Of a stretch of DNA of 25,403 bases, positions 18,800-25,403 are shown piece after piece. The number at the start of each line of letters is the position of its first letter. The first letter of the stretch is position 1. The notes under the pieces are model-generated. The model saw nothing but the letters and a program-made list of their open reading frames with translations. It was not told where the DNA came from and did not search any database. The stretch comes from an uncultured archaeon. GTDB taxonomy: Archaea; Asgardarchaeota; Lokiarchaeia; Sigyniarchaeales; SOKP01. The translations under genes and the position numbers were made by a program. Location of the stretch: assembly GCA_964632315.1 (NCBI GenBank), contig CAZWEM010000056.1, positions 1 through 25,403 on the forward strand, read 5' to 3'.

Positions 18800-20182
18800 T
18801 CACCCCGGACTAATTAATGCATTTTTTGCTCGAATATAAGCCCCTCCATCAGTCACTGGGACCATATCTTCAGAACCCTTTCCACATGTTCCTGCATGAA
18901 GATCTGTTGAATCGTTACTTATAGCATCTATATTCTGCAATAAATCAAGTACGGCCCCACTTAGAGCAATGCCCTTTAATATCTTACCCTTTTTACCGTT
19001 TTCAATCAAATAACCTTTTCTTGATGTGCATTGCATTCCTCCACCAAGTGGATCTTCCATCCCAAAGCTTCCATGGACTAACATGACCCCAAATTGAATT
19101 TCAGAGATCATTTCTTCAAGATCATAATCTCCAGACCCAAAGTAAGTGTTTGACATTCGGGGATGAACTGGATGAGCAAAACTCTGTCTTCTTCCATTTC
19201 CTTGAGGTTTTGCATTGAAAACAGAAGCAGAACGTCGGTCATAGATAAAATTTTTAAGAATTCCATTTTCGACTAATAAATTCGTGCCTGATTTTATACC
19301 CTCATCATCAAAATAGTATGAACCGAATTTTTCTTCAAATGAAGGTTTATCGTAGATGCTGCAGATATTTGACGCAACTTTTTTGTTTAGAAGTTTCTTC
19401 AAATAACTACGATCTCGTAAGACTTGATCTGCTTCCAATCCATGACCAAAACTTTCATGGGCAATCATTCCAGCCATTGAAGGATCCAAGATGACAGTAT
19501 GTTTTCCTGATGGTGGTAATTCTGCTTGTAGCATTTCAAGTGAGTCCTCAACCGCTTTATCAATAGCCTCGTTAGTGATCAAATCAGTTATTTCAAATCC
19601 CATTTCTCCAGACTTAATAAATACATCATAATCAATTACGTTTCCTTCTTTAGCTAAAGGCATAATCGCAAATCTAGTCCTGGGAATTAATTGCCGTAAT
19701 TCACATCCCTCGTTATTGGCGAATATTCGCTCTATTAAAGTTTCTAAATACATGATTCGTGCGTTAAAGATTCGTTCATCATATTTCATCACGTAATCAA
19801 AAACTTCTCGAACCTTATCCACTTTATCTTCAATTGAAACATCGTTTGGATTAATTTTTGGTTTAAGTTCTTTATTTAGCTTCCATCCTTCGAACTCTGC
19901 GATTGTATCTCCCTTTTTTTTAACTTTTGGGAGTCTTTGCTTGATGATTCCAATATCACTACTTATATCAATAGCACATTCCTCCCACTTTCCGGTAAAT
20001 GTACGTGCTACGACCCCAGATGTTTTGGTATTAACAGTAATATCCTCAGAAGAAGGAGTTTTCATTATAGTAGTGGAAGAAATAGAATCATATAAGATAT
20101 CGAAATATTGATCATTACGAGAATAATCATTAGTTATTTCTTCAAAAGTAGAAAATATCTCATCATTTGACATCTTACGCAT
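18800..20182 (-). CDS. tldD: TldD metalloprotease subunit
   Basis: Metal-binding motif HESFGHGLEAD, FDDEG, GNGRRQS..PRMSNTY and C-terminal CGK. Confidence 0.92.
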   Translation of the reverse strand: MRKMSNDEIFSTFEEITNDYSRNDQYFDILYDSISSTTIMKTPSSEDITVNTKTSGVVARTFTGKWEECAIDISSDIGIIKQRLPKVKKKGDTIAEFEGWKLNKELKPKINPNDVSIEDKVDKVREVFDYVMKYDERIFNARIMYLETLIERIFANNEGCELRQLIPRTRFAIMPLAKEGNVIDYDVFIKSGEMGFEITDLITNEAIDKAVEDSLEMLQAELPPSGKHTVILDPSMAGMIAHESFGHGLEADQVLRDRSYLKKLLNKKVASNICSIYDKPSFEEKFGSYYFDDEGIKSGTNLLVENGILKNFIYDRRSASVFNAKPQGNGRRQSFAHPVHPRMSNTYFGSGDYDLEEMISEIQFGVMLVHGSFGMEDPLGGGMQCTSRKGYLIENGKKGKILKGIALSGAVLDLLQNIDAISNDSTDLHAGTCGKGSEDMVPVTDGGAYIRAKNALISPG

Positions 20183-20295
20183 GATAATTATCTATTTTTA
20201 TGGTAATTAAACTAATAGATGAGATAATATGGCGAGAAATAAATAGATTTAGAACTAGAAGTTAAAATGAATTGAGTCTATAACCTTATTTATAT

Positions 20296-21225
20296 TTAAT
20301 TTTCTCCTTGGATCTCTGAATCAACTTCAGAGTTGTTTGGTTTCGATATAGAAACGTTTAATTTTTGTTCTAAATAAGATATTCTTTTCTCTAGAATTGT
20401 CATTGTTTCGATAATATTATTAATCGCATTATTGATTTCTTTTACTTCGCTTTGTAAATCACCTACTTGATTTAATGTAAATTTCATTACATTTGGTTCT
20501 TTTACCTCTAATAAAAGCCAGTCAATAGCATTTTGTAAAAATTGTTGATTATCAAAAGCATTGATACCAATTTTAGAATCATTTGTAAATATATCAATAT
20601 CTCCAAAAGCTAATACCTTACCTTGTCCATATTCGGTAAATGCAGCTAAAGTTTGTTTTTGTTCTTTTTCTTTTACCCATTCATCTTTAGAGTTATTAAA
20701 GACTTCGGACCATATATTTTTTTCACTAGTTTGAATTAAAGCCCGGGAATCATTATTTAAGAAAAGTGAACAAGTTCCTCCAAAAACTATTTCTCTTAAA
20801 TTATTTATGATTTTTATTTGATTAAAGTCTTTAACGTGAATTATGCTTGATTCTTTTCCATCGTTAAGTTCTTTTATGAGATTTCTCTCAAAAAAGATTC
20901 CAAAATTTTTTCCTGATAAGTCATTTAAATTAGTTTTTTGAAGAAAATCAGCGCCATATTCGCTAATCAACATTAAAGCTCCTCCAGTACGTACAAAATC
21001 GCAAAGTAATTTTATTTCTTGGACAGAGAAGTAATCATCTATTGGATTACCAATTACTATAATATCTATATTTTGAATTCCAAGCTTGGTTAAGCTTTCT
21101 GATTTGTTTATTTTATATCTTAAATTTAAATTCTTTAGAAGGTTTTTAAAATCAGAAAATTCTTCTTCTTCAATATTAAGCATTTCGTTATGACAGAGGT
21201 CGAATAAAATCGTTTTTTCAAGCAT
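20296..21225 (-). CDS. GIFT-domain (IFT52/GldG/DUF4350-like) protein with C-terminal coiled coil
   Basis: Motifs TILFD..HNE, IIVIGNP...FS.QE..L..FV..GG.L, TNLN.L...FGI and YGQGKVLAFGD.DIF.N...N..F..N..DWL. Heptad pattern at about aa 250-290. No signal peptide. Confidence 0.75.
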   Translation of the reverse strand: MLEKTILFDLCHNEMLNIEEEEFSDFKNLLKNLNLRYKINKSESLTKLGIQNIDIIVIGNPIDDYFSVQEIKLLCDFVRTGGALMLISEYGADFLQKTNLNDLSGKNFGIFFERNLIKELNDGKESSIIHVKDFNQIKIINNLREIVFGGTCSLFLNNDSRALIQTSEKNIWSEVFNNSKDEWVKEKEQKQTLAAFTEYGQGKVLAFGDIDIFTNDSKIGINAFDNQQFLQNAIDWLLLEVKEPNVMKFTLNQVGDLQSEVKEINNAINNIIETMTILEKRISYLEQKLNVSISKPNNSEVDSEIQGEN

Positions 21226-21254
21226 TGTTTCTATTACAAATCATAAAAACACTA

Positions 21255-21263
21255 CTATAAAAA
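21255..21263 (-). promoter_or_regulatory. Candidate TATA box for the GIFT-domain gene
   Basis: Minus strand reads TTTTTATAG about 30 nt upstream of ATG 21225, typical of archaeal leaderless or short-leader promoters. Confidence 0.4.
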
Positions 21264-21326
21264 TCAATCTTTTTCTTACCGATTTTTCCACAAGAAATCC
21301 CAAAAAGCAGTGATCTTAATAAAAGG

Positions 21327-21472
21327 AGACTCCTGCCACGTGGACCAAATAAGGTCCTGAAAAATTGTAGGGGGATTCCCCAGTTCCATGAATCTCATGG
21401 ATCTTGGAGGGCGAAATAAGAGTGCGTAACCGCACTACCAAAAGACAAAAATCCAGGGTATGGCAGGAGTCT
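21327..21472 (-). ncRNA. Putative novel structured non-coding RNA (about 146 nt); strand tentative
   Basis: Perfect 12-bp terminal inverted repeat AGACTCCTGCCA (21327-21338) / TGGCAGGAGTCT (21461-21472) enclosing four hairpins. About 48% GC (70/146 by hand count) within very AT-rich intergenic DNA. G-U pairs extend three helices on the minus strand. Confidence 0.65.
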
Positions 21473-21622
21473 TATCTTATATATTGAATTTTTTTCTTTG
21501 TTTTTAGAATATATTATTCCAATCTCATTTAAATATTATTATGAGTTATTGAGTCAGACTTATATTATTGCATTCTATTTAGTCATTTTTGTAAGCAAAA
21601 ATGAATTACTGGCGTCATTCAA

Positions 21623-21638
21623 CACGGATTTTTCCGTG
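21623..21638. promoter_or_regulatory. Inverted repeat CACGGA-N4-TCCGTG upstream of purA (candidate operator or hairpin)
   Basis: GC-rich palindrome in AT-rich DNA, about 110 nt before the purA start and upstream of the TATA-like TTTTTAAA at about 21667-21674. Confidence 0.35.
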
Positions 21639-21722
21639 AATAACCCTTAAATAGCTTAATGTAAAGTTTTTAAATCTTAAAATATAATCTTTTTTGGAAC
21701 TATTTTATCATTTATTTAGTAA

Positions 21723-23063
<1,341 letters not shown>

Positions 23064-23100
23064 AAACAATAATTTGCTTTTTTAATAAAATTCCTAAATA

Positions 23101-23658
23101 TTATTTAACACATGCTAAACTAAATCTGTAAGCATGGTTTTTAGGGGGCCATTCTATATCAAGGTTTAGATTTTTTACTGTTTCTGTAACATCTATTCCC
23201 ACAGCTTCCATTGAATAGTGGATATCATTTGGATATCTACATTCTAAACCCTCATCATGAGTGCACATTTTTTGCTCTTTTTCACAAACTCTACAATGTC
23301 CATCCCATAGTATGAAGATTTCTTTAAACTTACCCTCAAATTTTTTGATGAATCTTCTGATATCTTCTTCGATCCAATCTCGCATGAAATTCTCGCGATA
23401 AAATGAATTTATAATCTTTTCCTCATTATGAGTGGGAAATTTTGATTTTTTCTCCTTAATATAACCTTTAAGATCGAATTTTTCATAAATCAGGTAAAAT
23501 CGAGTATAATTAGTTAAAATATTATCAAGATAAGGGGCTTCTGGAGGGCAGGCCCAATTATGGCCATAATTGGGGCATCTAAATCTCGGATTATTACAAT
23601 ATGTTTGAACTTTGGGGTCAAAAATTATTTTTTCCCGCTTAATCTCGATCCTAGTCAA
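23101..23658 (-). CDS. DUF2284 predicted metal-binding protein
   Basis: Motifs C-x6-CPNYGHNWACPP, CRVC..C..CRYP and YSMEAVGIDV. Confidence 0.85.
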   Translation of the reverse strand: MTRIEIKREKIIFDPKVQTYCNNPRFRCPNYGHNWACPPEAPYLDNILTNYTRFYLIYEKFDLKGYIKEKKSKFPTHNEEKIINSFYRENFMRDWIEEDIRRFIKKFEGKFKEIFILWDGHCRVCEKEQKMCTHDEGLECRYPNDIHYSMEAVGIDVTETVKNLNLDIEWPPKNHAYRFSLACVK

Positions 23659-23822
23659 ATTGAAACAGAAGTTTATTAGTACATTTTAAAACTAGAGATT
23701 CAAGTTAAAGATTTTCATTATATTTGTTCATCTTAACTAAAAGGGTAAGAAAATCTTTTAAATGTTAAAAAAATAAAATAGATTATAATCTATTTCAAGG
23801 AAGAAATTCATAAAAATTACAC

Positions 23823-24476
23823 GTGAGAAATTTGAAATTTGGTAAAGATAAAGAAAATGAATTAGAAGGAATTAATCGAGAATTTCTATCTGAAACGTTA
23901 AATGGTTCAGTAATACTGCATAAAGCAGTTTCAGAATTTATCAATGGAAAATTAGATCATCAAGATTTAGATAAGATAATTGAAATCGAACACAAATGTG
24001 ATGAAATAAAAGATCAATATGTTAAAATTTTGTATAGAGATAAAAGAGCTCTTCCCTTTTTAGTCGAAGATCGATATAAAATTTTAATGATGATAGATCA
24101 AGTCAATGATAAGATGGAATTTTTTGCGAGGTTTCTAAAAACATTTCCTTTTAAATTATATACCGGGATAAAGGATGAATTCAGAGATTTATGTACTGCA
24201 TGCTCTCAAGCAGTAGAAGAATTAATTAACTGTGCCACTCTCATAGAAACAGATTTTGAAGGAGCATATAATACTACCTTTAAAATTGAAGAACAAAAAA
24301 GAAAGGCACGAACAGCTAAATTTGATCTTTTGGAAAAGTTATTCAAGATGGAAGATAATCCGTTGAAAGTGTATCTAACCTCTAAAATTGTCACATATTT
24401 ATACGATATTACATCTTGGGTTGAAGAGACCTCAGATTATTTAAGGGGGTTAATAATAAAGTATCCAAGCAGATGA
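23823..24476 (+). CDS. DUF47 / PhoU-like phosphate transport regulator
   Basis: Motifs IEHKCDEIK, LPFLVEDR..L...D and IEEQ; all-helical pattern; lies immediately upstream of a PiT transporter. GTG start. Confidence 0.85.
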   Translation: MRNLKFGKDKENELEGINREFLSETLNGSVILHKAVSEFINGKLDHQDLDKIIEIEHKCDEIKDQYVKILYRDKRALPFLVEDRYKILMMIDQVNDKMEFFARFLKTFPFKLYTGIKDEFRDLCTACSQAVEELINCATLIETDFEGAYNTTFKIEEQKRKARTAKFDLLEKLFKMEDNPLKVYLTSKIVTYLYDITSWVEETSDYLRGLIIKYPSR

Positions 24477-24495
24477 AACAAGGGTAGAATGGAAA

Positions 24496-25403
24496 ATGGC
24501 TTTGTTATACATTATCATTATATTTTTAGTAATTTCAATCATCATTAGCTTTGGCATTGGAGCCAATGACGAGACAATGGCAACCCTATATGGTTCTAAA
24601 ACCTTAACAATGAAAGAGTTACTTATCCTTGCTTCCATATTTGCAATTTTAGGTGCATTATTATTAGGAAACGCAGTTAGTGAAACTGTTGGTAAAGATC
24701 TATTATCTTTTTCTGTTACAAATGCTATTGTATTAACTATCTTAATATCTACGGCTATTTGGTTGATCTTATCTTCAGCACTTGGATTACCAATCTCAAC
24801 GACACATGCCACCATGGGAGCAATCATCGGAGTTGGTTTATTGTTAGGAGGTGGATTGGGAGTCAATTGGTTAACGATTTTAGAAATGAGTTTATGGTGG
24901 TTATTATCTCCAGTGATCGGTTATATCGTCACGTATATCACTTATAAAATAATACATAAATTCATCATCAATAAATTATCTGGCTTCAGAAGTTTTGTTC
25001 GAACAGAGAAGAACTTTTCTTACATACTACTTGGAGTTATATGTTGGACAGCATTTTCACGGGCAGGAAATGATTGCTCTAACGCAGTTGGAATTGTAGT
25101 GGGTGTTGGTATTGGAATTGACATTAATTTGTTGCTCCTATTTACTGGTTTGAGTTTCGCTTCTGGTATTGTAGTTTTAGGACGTGGCGTTATCAAAAAC
25201 GTTGGAACAATCACTGAATTGCATCCAAGCACCGCTTTTGCTAGCGAAATCCCAGCTGCGATTATCTTATTTTTCGGAACGTTATTAGGAATTCCCCTTT
25301 CTGGATCACACATGTTAGTAGCCTCCCTTATAGGATTAGCTAAGGCTCGGAGAGCCCCTACCAAAAAAGGTATAAGGAAAATAGTGTTGATCTGGTTATT
25401 AAC
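24496..25403 (+). CDS. Inorganic phosphate transporter, PiT family (partial, runs off the window end)
   Basis: Not in the ORF track because there is no stop in the window. ATG 24496 reads MALLYIIIIFLVISIIISFGIGANDETMATLYGS...GLPISTTH...RAGNDCSNAVG...GIPLSGSH, covering both PiT signature repeats. Confidence 0.9.
   Translation, partial: MALLYIIIIFLVISIIISFGIGANDETMATLYGSKTLTMKELLILASIFAILGALLLGNAVSETVGKDLLSFSVTNAIVLTILISTAIWLILSSALGLPISTTHATMGAIIGVGLLLGGGLGVNWLTILEMSLWWLLSPVIGYIVTYITYKIIHKFIINKLSGFRSFVRTEKNFSYILLGVICWTAFSRAGNDCSNAVGIVVGVGIGIDINLLLLFTGLSFASGIVVLGRGVIKNVGTITELHPSTAFASEIPAAIILFFGTLLGIPLSGSHMLVASLIGLAKARRAPTKKGIRKIVLIWLL

Noticed and set aside
17465-20182. tldD/tldE as part of a RiPP biosynthetic cluster
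   Set aside because: No precursor peptide, YcaO or other modification enzymes are adjacent; tldDE pairs are common housekeeping genes.
21276-21398. 40-aa minus-strand ORF (MRFMELGNPP...) across the structured element
   Set aside because: It is short, has no recognisable motif, and is better explained as a by-product of the RNA-like sequence.
21327-21472. 5S rRNA, tRNA, SRP, RNase P or SECIS identity for the structured element
   Set aside because: The minus strand has GCCAUACC and CUGGGGAAU, vaguely like 5S, but the conserved CCGAAC/GAAGUUAAGC loop motifs are absent. There is no cloverleaf or TTCGA, no SRP helix-8 motif, no GAGGAAAGUCC, and no selenoprotein-like in-frame TGA nearby.
21327-21472. 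MITE defined by the 12-bp terminal inverted repeats
   Set aside because: There is no target-site duplication, no second copy and no transposase in the window, and the dense internal structure favours an RNA. Not fully excluded without a genome-wide search.

Overview
This is an AT-rich, gene-dense prokaryotic chromosomal window that looks archaeal. Supporting signs are an Orc1/Cdc6 gene, a XerA-type recombinase, TATA-like boxes close to start codons and oligo-T tracts after genes. Gene content and style suggest an Asgard (Lokiarchaeia-like) anaerobe, but that is inference, not shown directly. Genes in order: 3' end of a 3-hydroxyacyl-CoA dehydrogenase; Nudix hydrolase; an orphan glycyl radical enzyme; three uncharacterised membrane proteins, two of them paralogs; thioredoxin reductase, xerA and cdc6; an extended SDR next to two steroid 5-alpha-reductase-family genes; a Zn-ribbon protein; a fused DppB-DppC-like permease; a DUF362 Fe-S protein; a non-pyrrolysine MttB; tldE/tldD; a GIFT (IFT52/GldG-like) protein; purA; DUF2284; DUF47 and a PiT phosphate transporter. 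The most striking unexplained signals are: (1) a GC-enriched, highly structured ~146-nt intergenic element at 21327-21472 that matches no RNA class I recognise; (2) a fused ABC permease that appears to have lost both EAA coupling helices and has no ATPase or binding-protein partner nearby; (3) a compact SDR + DUF1295 + SRD5A-like cluster; (4) a cytoplasmic IFT52-like GIFT protein; (5) a TrxR lacking NADPH-binding motifs. I saw no CRISPR array, tRNA, rRNA or transposase. All family assignments come from motif recognition by eye; no searches were run.
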